64,000 bases of DNA from an uncultured archaeon. Lineage in GTDB: Archaea > Asgardarchaeota > Thorarchaeia > Thorarchaeales > Thorarchaeaceae. The position numbers were made by a program, and so were the translations under genes. Every line of letters begins with the position of its first letter. Positions within the stretch are counted from its first letter, which is position 1. The stretch lies in the NCBI GenBank assembly GCA_964558645.1, contig CAZLEV010000002.1, forward strand, positions 345,350 to 409,349, written 5' to 3'. Below the pieces are notes generated by a model. That model saw only the letters and a list, made by a program, of their open reading frames with translations, was not told the origin of the DNA and did no database searches. Shown here one piece after another: positions 9,956 through 19,099 of the stretch.

Positions 9956-10798
9956 TTGATGGAAATCAGGCCGATGGAGAAGAAAGATATTCCTTTTGCA
10001 GTGGGGCTGACAACCTCAGAGGGCTGGTCAAGCATTCCTTTGGATTTTGAGGCTCTTGTGAGTTATCATCCCACTGCTGCGTTTGTGGCTGAGAGAAGAA
10101 GCGAGAGACTCGGCATGGTGAGTGCAGTCTCATACGGCTCTTTTGGATTCATAGGGAATCTGATAGTAGAGAAGGAGCAGCGAAAAAGAGGGATAGGAAC
10201 CGACCTGATGAACCATGGAATAGACCACTTAGAACGGCTTGGCAATGCGAGTATCTTCCTTGATGCCGTGCAAGAAGCTCAGCCTCTCTATCAACAGCTG
10301 GGCTTCAGACGCCTCTGCGAGTCTATGCGCTTTAGTGGCTGCATCCAGTGCAAACAGGACAGGAGTACAAGAGTCATCCAGAACCAAGACACTACCTCCA
10401 TCTTCAACATGGACAGGAGAGCCTTTGGAGCTGACAGGAGCTTCTTCCTTATGAATACTCTACAGCATCATCGTAGTACCTGCAAAGTAGCAGTTGATGA
10501 TAAGGGAGTGAGAGGATACTGCCTAGCCGTCCAAACTCCGGACTGGCTGAAGATTGGGCCTCTCATAGTTGAAGAGGACGCCGATGTTGTTGGAAATCTG
10601 TTGAGAGCGCTGCTTGAAGACTGGAAGACTGCACGAGTAAAGGTTGGTGTCCTAGAGGAGAACACCGAGGCAGTCAAGCTCTACCGAAGTATTGGGCTTC
10701 AAGAAGCATCTCCGTCGATTCGGATGATAAGAGGCGAACAAGTCCCTGAGAGAAAACACGGTAACGAGTTTGCCATTGGTTCGCCTGCAAAGGGGTAG
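9956..10798 (+). CDS. Tandem GNAT N-acetyltransferase
   Basis: QRKRGIGTDL acetyl-CoA motif A, LYQQLGF and LYRSIGL. Confidence 0.88.
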   Translation: MMEIRPMEKKDIPFAVGLTTSEGWSSIPLDFEALVSYHPTAAFVAERRSERLGMVSAVSYGSFGFIGNLIVEKEQRKRGIGTDLMNHGIDHLERLGNASIFLDAVQEAQPLYQQLGFRRLCESMRFSGCIQCKQDRSTRVIQNQDTTSIFNMDRRAFGADRSFFLMNTLQHHRSTCKVAVDDKGVRGYCLAVQTPDWLKIGPLIVEEDADVVGNLLRALLEDWKTARVKVGVLEENTEAVKLYRSIGLQEASPSIRMIRGEQVPERKHGNEFAIGSPAKG

Positions 10799-11050
10799 CA
10801 GACAGAGAGTAACCAACAGAACAGAAGCTTGGAGTATCGCAGCTCGAACAGTCAGCTACAGTAACGAGCAACATAGCTGAAACTGAAAGGCAGACAGACC
10901 TGAACAGATCCGTGGTCTCGGAGATTCGTTCAGATGCCATTGTGCAGAAGTATCAGTCTACTATCCAGGATTGGCCAGTTCGCAGCGAACAGCGGGCAGA
11001 TCCCATCATCGGTATCAGTGAGAATTAGCAGAAAATATTGATAGAAGTAC

Positions 11051-11173
11051 TCAAGTGGCTTCCCACGCGAGTACTTCTTCGCGGGTGATTATGTCTTCAT
11101 GACGTTCTGAGGGAGAGCCGTGCTCTTCTTGGGCAAATGCTCTCATTTGATCAATATCGTTATTCAAGGTCAT
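11051..11173 (-). CDS. 40-aa acidic micro-ORF, fourth gene of the micropeptide cluster
   Basis: ATG directly after the TAG of the upstream ORF; MTLNNDIDQMRAFAQEEHGSPSERHEDIITREEVLAWEAT*. Confidence 0.45.
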   Translation of the reverse strand: MTLNNDIDQMRAFAQEEHGSPSERHEDIITREEVLAWEAT

Positions 11174-11266
11174 CTACCTGTATAGATACGAGTAAGCAAG
11201 CGCCCGTGTTGACACTTCCATTCTATCCTTCTTTGATCCAGTTACACAGTCATTGTTGGTGGTCAA
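11174..11266 (-). CDS. 30-aa micropeptide, paralog 3
   Basis: TTG start after AGGAGG; MTTNNDCVTGSKKDRMEVSTRALAYSYLYR*. Confidence 0.65.
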   Translation of the reverse strand: MTTNNDCVTGSKKDRMEVSTRALAYSYLYR

Positions 11267-11271
11267 TTCAT

Positions 11272-11370
11272 TTACCTCCTGTATGCAAATGCATAGCCTA
11301 CAGCCTCAGTTGAAACAGCTCTGACTCTGTTCATCTTTGCGTCGGACTCGTTTCTTGTGAAATATGCCAA
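11272..11370 (-). CDS. 32-aa micropeptide, paralog 2
   Basis: TTG start 8 nt after GGAGGT; MAYFTRNESDAKMNRVRAVSTEAVGYAFAYRR*. Confidence 0.65.
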   Translation of the reverse strand: MAYFTRNESDAKMNRVRAVSTEAVGYAFAYRR

Positions 11371-11376
11371 CTACTA

Positions 11377-11481
11377 CTACCTCCGGTATACATAGGCGTA
11401 GGCAACAGCCTCGGCCTTCATCATTCGCGAGTCCAGATTCTTTCCAAGGGATTCCTTTCTAGTGTTCTTTGCTAATGCCAT
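11377..11481 (-). CDS. 34-aa micropeptide, paralog 1
   Basis: ATG with GGTGA SD 6 nt upstream; MALAKNTRKESLGKNLDSRMMKAEAVAYAYVYRR*, followed by TAGTAGTAG. Confidence 0.7.
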   Translation of the reverse strand: MALAKNTRKESLGKNLDSRMMKAEAVAYAYVYRR

Positions 11482-11496
11482 TGTTTTTCACCGTTT

Positions 11497-11560
11497 TAGT
11501 TTGTCAAACAAACTATTCTTACAGTATTAGTTGTGTACCTTTACCAATATAAAGGTTTGC
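11497..11560 (-). promoter_or_regulatory. BRE/TATA promoter of the micropeptide operon with two palindromic operator candidates
   Basis: Minus-strand GCAAACCTTTATATT (11560-11546); inverted repeats ACCTTTA-N6-TAAAGGT (11537-11556, overlaps the TATA box) and TAGTTTGT-N3-ACAAACTA (11497-11515). Confidence 0.55.
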
Positions 11561-11963
11561 CTTCCAAACTATATATGCCTATTTTGGTGTATCTGATGCA
11601 CTTTAAGCATGTTGTGCATTTATGCATGGAACTGAACCTTGAACTGTCTGCAACCCCACAATCAATTAGACGTTCCAAGCACTATGTGAATCATCAGCAC
11701 TCTCTGTCGCGCATCAGACTTGAGAGTGACAGAGATTTCGACTCGTCACGAAATGACACTACTCCACAGAACTGTCTAGATGTGCAAGAAGGGCGGAATC
11801 AGTTTGGTCTAGGATCAGCTTCTTCGCAGAGTGGCTTGCGATTGAGAACCAACACCACTTAGGTCGTGCCGCCCTCCCAGATGCAAGGGAGGAGGACATT
11901 CACGTATTGCCCTTCAAGATATGGTTTATCGAATCAACTGGTAGGTGCTAGATAGTTTTATAC

Positions 11964-11978
11964 GCAAACGTTTATATT
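11964..11978 (+). promoter_or_regulatory. BRE/TATA promoter candidate for the ArsR-type regulator
   Basis: GCAAACGTTTATATT, 14/15 identical to the divergent micropeptide promoter. Confidence 0.5.
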
Positions 11979-12044
11979 AGAAGCTGCAGACTTATACAGC
12001 TGTACAGAGGGTTGTTCTGTAGTAGTTCCAGCGGTGAGATGTGA

Positions 12045-12794
12045 ATGAATGAAGAAGAAATCACCGACTCGCTAAAGAGCGCGGATGAGATTGAGTTCTA
12101 CGACAAGGGAAAAATCCAGAACGAGCTCATATTTATCACGCATGATGATAAGATGCAGGCTCTAGACGACCCTGTCCGGTTAACCATAGTCACCGTTCTT
12201 CGCAAAGGCGTCCCTGACACCCTTACCACAAAGAGGGTAGATGAGAAAACAGGGGATACAATCATACGACAACGCGAAGTGCAGCGTCATGCACTATCTG
12301 TAGTTGAAATAGTCAAGATGTCACAGGAACATGCCGATGTGGAAGAGATAACAAAGAACCAAGTCTATCACCATCTTCCAAAGCTTGAAGACGCCGGTCT
12401 GGTTGTGAAATATTGCACAGCAAGAACTGGGAAGCGAACTACGGACTATTATCGACGTACAGCCAAGGGCTTTGTGATTGCTGCCGGCTTTCTATCAGCT
12501 GACAAGAAGCAGCGAGAAAATAAATTGGAACTGCTCGTTGAGAGACTCGACAAGGTTTTCGGGGTAGAACTCTCCAAGGAGGAGGCTCAGGAAGTGGAGC
12601 GCCTCATAAGAGAGGAATGGGAGATTGAAGCCAAGGGACGGTCCAAAGTTGCAAACATGATTCGCGGGGACGTTGTGGACAGCGACGTTCTCGACCTGTA
12701 CGGTTACCTTGTCGATTTGTGGTCCCTAAAGGATGAGCGGCTTCTTGAGATCAAGGAGAAGCTACGAGCCATAGTCTTCTCTGACAGCGAGTGA
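12045..12794 (+). CDS. ArsR-family winged helix transcriptional regulator with C-terminal helical domain
   Basis: ALDDPVRLTIV, NQVYHHLPKLEDAGLV, DYYRRTAK wing; GGTGA SD. Confidence 0.8.
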   Translation: MNEEEITDSLKSADEIEFYDKGKIQNELIFITHDDKMQALDDPVRLTIVTVLRKGVPDTLTTKRVDEKTGDTIIRQREVQRHALSVVEIVKMSQEHADVEEITKNQVYHHLPKLEDAGLVVKYCTARTGKRTTDYYRRTAKGFVIAAGFLSADKKQRENKLELLVERLDKVFGVELSKEEAQEVERLIREEWEIEAKGRSKVANMIRGDVVDSDVLDLYGYLVDLWSLKDERLLEIKEKLRAIVFSDSE

Positions 12795-12843
12795 TGACAA
12801 TAGTTTTCTAGGCCAGACGTCGACTGTCTGCCGATCCTCTCAA

Positions 12844-13080
12844 TCAGCATTCAGCGCATATATTCGTCTGTGTTTCAAGAATGCCCGGAATAGCCTTCAG
12901 CTTTTCCGAAAGGAACCGCCCCATATCCTCCTTACTCTTGAATTCTCCTTTGATAATTATATCATAGGCCCCAAAGAGGATGAAGGCTTCCAAGGTTTCA
13001 TCAAGACTCTTGATTTTATCAAGAATCTTCTTGTTTCTATCAGGTCCGACCTTGAGCAGGATGTAGGCATATATAGGCAT
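12844..13080 (-). CDS. Stand-alone Lrp/AsnC ligand-binding (RAM) domain protein
   Basis: AYILLKV...LFGAYDIIIK...IPGILETQT. Confidence 0.85.
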   Translation of the reverse strand: MPIYAYILLKVGPDRNKKILDKIKSLDETLEAFILFGAYDIIIKGEFKSKEDMGRFLSEKLKAIPGILETQTNICAEC

Positions 13081-13156
13081 CTGGTCACACTCTTTTCAAG
13101 AATTGGAACAGCGTGAGATATTCCTCTTTATTACTGTTGCAGTGCCAAGACCAGTA

Positions 13157-13528
13157 TCACATGATGCCCTTGAGTGCAAGGGCGGTCATCTCAAGGTCTA
13201 TGATTGCCAAGGCGGGAACCGCACTTCCATCAACCCAAGCAATGACCCATGTGTCGCCGATGACCTGCGCCATCATCAAATGTCCTTTCTTATCACCTGC
13301 AGTTCCGGCATAACGATTTTCATCGTCTATCACGGTGCTGTATTCGGTGTCACCCAGTGTGATGTGCGATCCGGTCCTCAAGGAGTCACGAATCTGTTCA
13401 ATCTCGCCTACCAGGTTCCAGTTGGATGTCTGCCATATTACCGTTGAGTCGGTACTCACTGCAAACGCTTGGAATTTCGAGTTGTTGTGGTATAGAGAGT
13501 TCCAAGCCTTGTCGATAGTTGACTCCAA
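13157..13528 (-). CDS. Asgard profilin-like protein (paralog B)
   Basis: 123 aa; VIWQTSNWNL, ITLGDTEYSTV, GHLMMA, WVIAW; aligns by eye with the upstream paralog and the profilin topology. Confidence 0.7.
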   Translation of the reverse strand: MESTIDKAWNSLYHNNSKFQAFAVSTDSTVIWQTSNWNLVGEIEQIRDSLRTGSHITLGDTEYSTVIDDENRYAGTAGDKKGHLMMAQVIGDTWVIAWVDGSAVPALAIIDLEMTALALKGIM

Positions 13529-13618
13529 GTTTCATCCCCAGGGGATATTATGTTCAGTATTGAAGGGAATTGGAAACGCATTCCACGAGAAGGAATCTAG
13601 CCCGAGAAGCACTCGAAA

Positions 13619-13999
13619 CTAGATTTTCCCTTTGAGGGCCTTGGCTGCACGATCTACGTCAACGTAGATCCCATCAGGTGATGCATTGGGGTCAGCCCAT
13701 GCGACCACAAACTTCTCACCCTCAATCTTCGCCAACACAAGGATACCATTCCCAGAAACGCTTCGAGCAACCAAGCTGTCTGGCGTTGTCCTGAGTGTGC
13801 TATATTTGACTTGGTTCTGAACCACCGAAGTGGCATTGTTCTTGACAGCCGAACCTAGGGCTGCAGCGTCCTCTGCTAGGTCCCAATTGTCGCTCTGCCA
13901 TAACACGTTACCTGATGTGGTTATTACACCGAAGGCCTGAACCATCTCTTTCGAGTCGTTGTATGCTTGCGTATATGCTTCCATAACTGGATCTGCCAT
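13619..13999 (-). CDS. Asgard profilin-like protein (paralog A)
   Basis: 126 aa; GVITTSGNVLWQSDNWDL, VKYSTLRTTPDSLVARSVSGNG resemble the conserved Asgard profilin pattern. Confidence 0.8.
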   Translation of the reverse strand: MADPVMEAYTQAYNDSKEMVQAFGVITTSGNVLWQSDNWDLAEDAAALGSAVKNNATSVVQNQVKYSTLRTTPDSLVARSVSGNGILVLAKIEGEKFVVAWADPNASPDGIYVDVDRAAKALKGKI

Positions 14000-14139
14000 T
14001 CTGAATTCACCCCGATTCAGTCTAACTGTCGGTCTATAGGCAGGAAGAACAGTGATTCCATTTTAACTTAATCACGATAGCCTCCTTTCACTTCCGATAA
14101 CATAATAGTGGAGCGCCACCTCAGTCAGAGAGACTAAGA

Positions 14140-14442
14140 ATGAATGATGAAGCTATCTGGGAAGGTGAGGCCGGCACCTTTGTCAGGGTTGTTGTGAAGA
14201 CGCAGTCAAGAGATGAAGAGTTTGTGGCTGATGTTTCACCAGACTTCATTGAGGTGAATCTTCGTAGTGCGCCCCGAAAGGGCAAGGCAAACAGGGAGCT
14301 CTTGAAGCAGTTCTCTGATCTTTTTGATTGCTCCACATCAGAAATCGTGATTGCATCAGGTCATAGGTCGCGGGAGAAGGTACTTCTTATCTTAGGACGG
14401 CACGCCGAAGAAGTCAGAAAGACGCTGGTCGAAAACGTATAA
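14140..14442 (+). CDS. DUF167 / UPF0235 protein
   Basis: SAPRKGKANRELL, IASGHRSREK. Confidence 0.88.
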   Translation: MNDEAIWEGEAGTFVRVVVKTQSRDEEFVADVSPDFIEVNLRSAPRKGKANRELLKQFSDLFDCSTSEIVIASGHRSREKVLLILGRHAEEVRKTLVENV

Positions 14443-14456
14443 ATGACACAGTCATT

Positions 14457-16739
14457 GTGCCAGAGCAACCTCGACATGCTTCGGTACAATCTCGTAACTT
14501 CCACCTTGGCCGTCGAACCCGGAGGCTTCATCGACTGACCGAGAGAACTCAATCTACGCTAAGACTGCTGGCGGGACTGTATGGAGCCAGCCTCTTCTAT
14601 GTAGTTCTGGTGATGTTTGAGGGGAGATGGCAAGACCCTGCGATACTTGTGGCACTGACAATCAATGTGTTCCTTCTTTTCTCTTCCATTACTGGACGGT
14701 ATGTCACCAAGAAGGGGCTGGCGGTCATTATTGCAGTGATGGGGGGCTATACGGTTTCTTCTGTAGCAATCGGCAGTTTCTCTGAGGTTGTTATCATGAC
14801 CTCAGGGGGGCTGGCATTGTACGGTGGTATGATGAGTGAGCCAAGGTTCCCCTTGACAAGGAGGGCCATGACAACGGGCATTGCTGTCGCAGTCATAATG
14901 ACGTTTCTGGGAATATATCTGGCATTGAAACTAGGAGTAGTTTATTTCGTGGGTGCCGAGATGCTGGGTGCGATAGTCCTCAGCGCCAATGGTCGATATA
15001 CCAAAGAAGAGAATACAGTGGTGGTTGCGATAGCTAATACCTCGGCTATGGTCGCGGTCGGCGTTCTCATCGCGTTTCCAGTGATAGCAATATTCCAACC
15101 TGCGATAGCTCCTGTACTCATAACCTATCCATTCATTGCATTTGTCACCGGAACGAGCGCGACATTCGGCCTCATTCTTCTTCTGCCCTTCCGCGATCGT
15201 TTCGACGATGAAAGATGGCCCCAGGTGAGACCACAAGCTCAATGCATAATCTCTCTTGGTGAGGACACTGAAGCAAGAAAGAACGTGGGAAAAGGGGTAA
15301 TCGCTTCAGCCGGATGGGTAGGGGCAACGAAAGTAGCCGAATATGCAACAGGAGCAAACTTGAGCTCACTGCCTCACGCGCTCGGACCAATAGTCCCGGA
15401 CGCAGCCACGATACCTGACTGGATAGGTGTCTCAAATTCACCGTTGATTGCAGCTATCGGGTTCTTTGTGGGCTGGAAGAGAGCAATTGTTCTCGCAATC
15501 GGGAGCCTCGTTTCGTTCTTGATATGGGGGATTCTTGAAGGAGCAGCCCTCATTACATTCGGGACACACTTGAGTAGACCGGAGATTCTGTATCTAGCCC
15601 TTGGCGTATTTGCCAGCGTCATTCTAAGTGATGTTCTCTTAGGAAATAGAAAGAGGAAATCAAGGCAAGAAGACGGTGAACAGATATCTGAGGAGATGTG
15701 TCGGGCAGAGCCCATGGGGGATGAAGAGGACAAGCCCTCCCGACTGGCAAGGGTTGGTAGGGTCAGGGAGGAGTTGTTCTCGGTAGAGGCCTTCAAGTAT
15801 GAGATTTGTCAGATGATTCGGAATCCGAAAGAGTATCTGAGAACGCGACGGGGGCAGCTTCCGCCCTGGATTACATTTCTCTCTCTGGCGCTCTATGTCA
15901 TAACTGGCATCGTCGTGTTTTCGTTGCTGAGACCGTTTCCAGCAATCGAGATTCACTGGCTGCTGTTCATTCTCGGAGCTCCACTGGCAATGATCTCAGC
16001 CTATTTCACTGCACGAGCAATCAGTGAAACTGGCATGCTCGCAGGATATATTTCGGATGCTGTGGCAATTCCAGCCGTCTTGTTCTTCAGGGTTTCATTT
16101 CAAGCGATTACCACTTTCATGTCAATGCTTGGAGCGCTCCAGGATGCAGCGATTGCATTGCTTGCTCAGTTGAAACTAGGCAAAATGACCGGTGTCAGAG
16201 GAAGAGACATATTCAAGGCAGTGGTCATCGGCGTGGTCGTGGGGACGTTTGTAGGATCGCTGATAACTTACATGATATACATTACATACGGTTTCGGTAC
16301 AGCAGATTTTCCAAGCCCTGCAGCCCAGCTATTTGGTTTTCTGATAATTGGTCTAAGGGGAATAGGGGAGTTCCAGATGCCAGGACTCGACGAGTTCACA
16401 ACATTACATCCTGCAATCGGATTTGCATATCTCCTAGGGTTTGGCGTGTTGGGTTTTCTCTTGGGACACGAAGTGAACAAACGAGATATGAGTGCAATGA
16501 GCCTTGCAGTGGGCTTACTCATTCCTCCAGCAACATCAGTTACAATACTGATTGGAGGTCTAATAGATTACCGCCTTAAGAAAATGAGGGATAGAATCCC
16601 CGAAAGTGATCAGGTTAGACAATCCCGTCATGAGGGGACGCGAGAGAGGTATGGCAGACTCCTCAGTGGTGTTCTCGCAGGAGAAGCAATTGTAACGGTT
16701 ATCTGGGTCTTCTGGAGTGCCATTGCTCTGTTTTTCTAG
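14457..16739 (+). CDS. OPT/YSL oligopeptide transporter family protein
   Basis: LTRRAM...YLALKLG, TKEENTVV, AISETG, DFPSPAAQL, SGVLAGEAI; many TM helices. Confidence 0.78.
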   Translation: MPEQPRHASVQSRNFHLGRRTRRLHRLTERTQSTLRLLAGLYGASLFYVVLVMFEGRWQDPAILVALTINVFLLFSSITGRYVTKKGLAVIIAVMGGYTVSSVAIGSFSEVVIMTSGGLALYGGMMSEPRFPLTRRAMTTGIAVAVIMTFLGIYLALKLGVVYFVGAEMLGAIVLSANGRYTKEENTVVVAIANTSAMVAVGVLIAFPVIAIFQPAIAPVLITYPFIAFVTGTSATFGLILLLPFRDRFDDERWPQVRPQAQCIISLGEDTEARKNVGKGVIASAGWVGATKVAEYATGANLSSLPHALGPIVPDAATIPDWIGVSNSPLIAAIGFFVGWKRAIVLAIGSLVSFLIWGILEGAALITFGTHLSRPEILYLALGVFASVILSDVLLGNRKRKSRQEDGEQISEEMCRAEPMGDEEDKPSRLARVGRVREELFSVEAFKYEICQMIRNPKEYLRTRRGQLPPWITFLSLALYVITGIVVFSLLRPFPAIEIHWLLFILGAPLAMISAYFTARAISETGMLAGYISDAVAIPAVLFFRVSFQAITTFMSMLGALQDAAIALLAQLKLGKMTGVRGRDIFKAVVIGVVVGTFVGSLITYMIYITYGFGTADFPSPAAQLFGFLIIGLRGIGEFQMPGLDEFTTLHPAIGFAYLLGFGVLGFLLGHEVNKRDMSAMSLAVGLLIPPATSVTILIGGLIDYRLKKMRDRIPESDQVRQSRHEGTRERYGRLLSGVLAGEAIVTVIWVFWSAIALFF

Positions 16740-17704
16740 CCCTGCTTTTCTACATAATCAGTGAGAGCTTGAAGAAAAATAGGGAGATCATCCGCTTTCA
16801 TGCCGGCACCGGCGGCTTGGGGATGCCCACCCCCGTGAGCATCGGTTATGTCAGAAACAACTTCCCTCACCGCTCTATTCAGATTAATGCGAGAATTCCT
16901 TAGCCGTATGGACAGATCGATCTCGGCGTTGTAAGAACGAGCGCTAATCCCAATTTGAGAATCTGTCGCATATGCCGCGAACTTAGCACTCTTTCCTCGG
17001 TATCCACCAATCGGCATATCAAGTATATAACCGACCTGCCCAAGCTTTCGAGCGTTGTTATTGACATAACGCAAGACCTCATGCTCTATTCGCGTTGCTT
17101 TCATAGCAAGTGTCACAATATCAACCATCGAGCTTGGACTCATCCCGAGCGTCAAGAAGCGCACCAAATCCTTTGCCGCTCGTTGATAGTCAATCTCTTG
17201 GAGGGCCTGAACAAGGATTCCCGATTCCAAGTAGAGAGTCCTTTTGTCAAAATCCTCGAAGTGTTCTCGGGCAAAGGGCGTGTTGTCACAGAAGTCACCA
17301 ATTGCGCCGTAGAGGGCAAGATGCAAGGCATGCTCAGGTAGTCGCTCAGAGAACTTGCGATAGGTTAGCTCTGCAGCACTGGGTCCCCGCTCATGGAAGA
17401 AATCAACTCTCTGCTGGAGTCTCTTCTTCAGTCTACTTGGTATTGGATGGTGGTCGATCCAATGGATTGTGGTAGTCTCAGGGAACCGCTCAATCGCCTG
17501 AAGAATCTTGTCAAATCGGGACGTGTTGATTGCTATATCACTTATTGAGACCACTTCGGGATCATCTTTTGCAATCCGGAACAGATCATGGTGAATCTGG
17601 GAAGGTCTGGTAAAATAGAAGTCGGCTCCAGGAAACGCAAGCAATGCTATTGCGCCAGAAGTGATTCCGTCAAGGTCTCCATGTGAAAGGACAACGGACT
17701 TCAT
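16736..17704 (-). CDS. DHH/DHHA1 family phosphoesterase
   Basis: SHGDLDG, WIDHH, GGGHPQAAG. Confidence 0.88.
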   Translation of the reverse strand: MKSVVLSHGDLDGITSGAIALLAFPGADFYFTRPSQIHHDLFRIAKDDPEVVSISDIAINTSRFDKILQAIERFPETTTIHWIDHHPIPSRLKKRLQQRVDFFHERGPSAAELTYRKFSERLPEHALHLALYGAIGDFCDNTPFAREHFEDFDKRTLYLESGILVQALQEIDYQRAAKDLVRFLTLGMSPSSMVDIVTLAMKATRIEHEVLRYVNNNARKLGQVGYILDMPIGGYRGKSAKFAAYATDSQIGISARSYNAEIDLSIRLRNSRINLNRAVREVVSDITDAHGGGHPQAAGAGMKADDLPIFLQALTDYVEKQG

Positions 17705-17725
17705 GCTGTTCCAACTCTCAGTTCA

Positions 17726-19099
17726 TCAACGCTTGTATGTTTCTTCTAGAGCCCTGTCCCATTCGTCCTCCCCATCCTTCAGTCTGCTCTTGCGTGCTTC
17801 AGCACGTTCCCTTCTAGACTTGGCAGCTTCTCTTCTCCTCTTCTTGATCTTCTCTTCGCGCTTCTTGCTGAGAGACTCTTCTTCTTCGGACACAACGCGT
17901 TTTGCTTCCTCTCTCTTGGTCATCCAGCTGATGACCATCGCGGCAAAGACAAAAGTAAGGGTTGCGGGTACTAGGAACAGGAGGACAATCTCTGGTTGGA
18001 GAAGCTCGGCGCTATTCTCAATTCCCGGGGGCAATGATAGGATTTGTACAAAGATGTTAGGGCTCATCAAGAGGAATGAGAGCGCAACTACTGCCAAGAA
18101 ACGAATCGCAGACCCCATCAAGGTGGATGATACAACATATCCCACAGAGGGGGCTGCAGCTCTCGCAGTCAATTCGTTCTTAGCATTCGGGTCCTCATTC
18201 AGTAACTCATCTATGAAGATCTGCAGACGGCGTACATCACTGATGGCATCCAAGTTCTCCAAGGCACTGGTACCACCCGCAACCTTTCTCTCGATTGCCT
18301 CTCTCAGGAAAGAAAAGGCCGTTGCTCCTGTGGTTCGACTCATGGCAGAATGGGAAGCGATGTCTCCGCGCTCAATGGCGCTCTGTTTCTTGGTGGCAGA
18401 CCTCAGAGCGAGCAATTGCTTCTTGAGGGTTTCCTCCCGGTCTTCCACGGGTTTCCCCACAGAATGGCTGTAGATCATCTGGTAGCTAATCTCAAGATAT
18501 GCAAATGAAACAAGAACAAGGATTTGAAGCTCAGAAGTGACGAACTCAACAAAATCCGTGGGGAATAGAGCGTAATCATAGATTGGCAATTCTCGGAATG
18601 CAGCCACAATCAGGATGGCTTGTATTGATACAAAGGCGGCACCAACAAACTTGTGCTCCATTCTGACCAGTGACTGAAGGAAGAACGCAATACCCAAGGC
18701 TGCAAATAGGAAGTACAGAAAAGTGAATGTGCTATCGTAAAGCTCAAGGGCTATTGACATGATATTGCCAGCAAATGAGATGAACACCTCATTCACATTG
18801 GTGACTGGATCTGTTATCGCATAAGGCTGGAGATACCACATTCGAAGAATTATGGTATTATACAGACCGCTGAGAAGAGTGTTCAGGCTCTGACCTCCTG
18901 TGAATATGGCACCCAATCCATTCACAATCAAGACAGCAACGAAGAAGACGATAAAGGAGAGCAGTCGAAATACAGTTACTATGAAGATGTAAGGAGCATC
19001 CCAGTCCCAATAACCTGACAGAAGCGAATAGACGGTATACGCCATGATTGAGAACATGATTATAGACAGGATTCGGAGAACCCAAGTAACAACCTTCAA
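17726..19099 (-). CDS. Polytopic membrane protein of the MoxR operon, hypothetical
   Basis: Several TM helices, charged C-terminal tail; overlaps the DUF58 stop. Confidence 0.7.
   Translation of the reverse strand: MKVVTWVLRILSIIMFSIMAYTVYSLLSGYWDWDAPYIFIVTVFRLLSFIVFFVAVLIVNGLGAIFTGGQSLNTLLSGLYNTIILRMWYLQPYAITDPVTNVNEVFISFAGNIMSIALELYDSTFTFLYFLFAALGIAFFLQSLVRMEHKFVGAAFVSIQAILIVAAFRELPIYDYALFPTDFVEFVTSELQILVLVSFAYLEISYQMIYSHSVGKPVEDREETLKKQLLALRSATKKQSAIERGDIASHSAMSRTTGATAFSFLREAIERKVAGGTSALENLDAISDVRRLQIFIDELLNEDPNAKNELTARAAAPSVGYVVSSTLMGSAIRFLAVVALSFLLMSPNIFVQILSLPPGIENSAELLQPEIVLLFLVPATLTFVFAAMVISWMTKREEAKRVVSEEEESLSKKREEKIKKRRREAAKSRRERAEARKSRLKDGEDEWDRALEETYKR

Noticed and set aside
11533-11862. 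109-aa plus-strand ORF
   Set aside because: Overlaps promoter elements, with atypical composition and no motif.
17661-18473. Long antisense ORF, and many similar shadow ORFs in the track
   Set aside because: They lie opposite well-supported genes and are reverse-frame artefacts.
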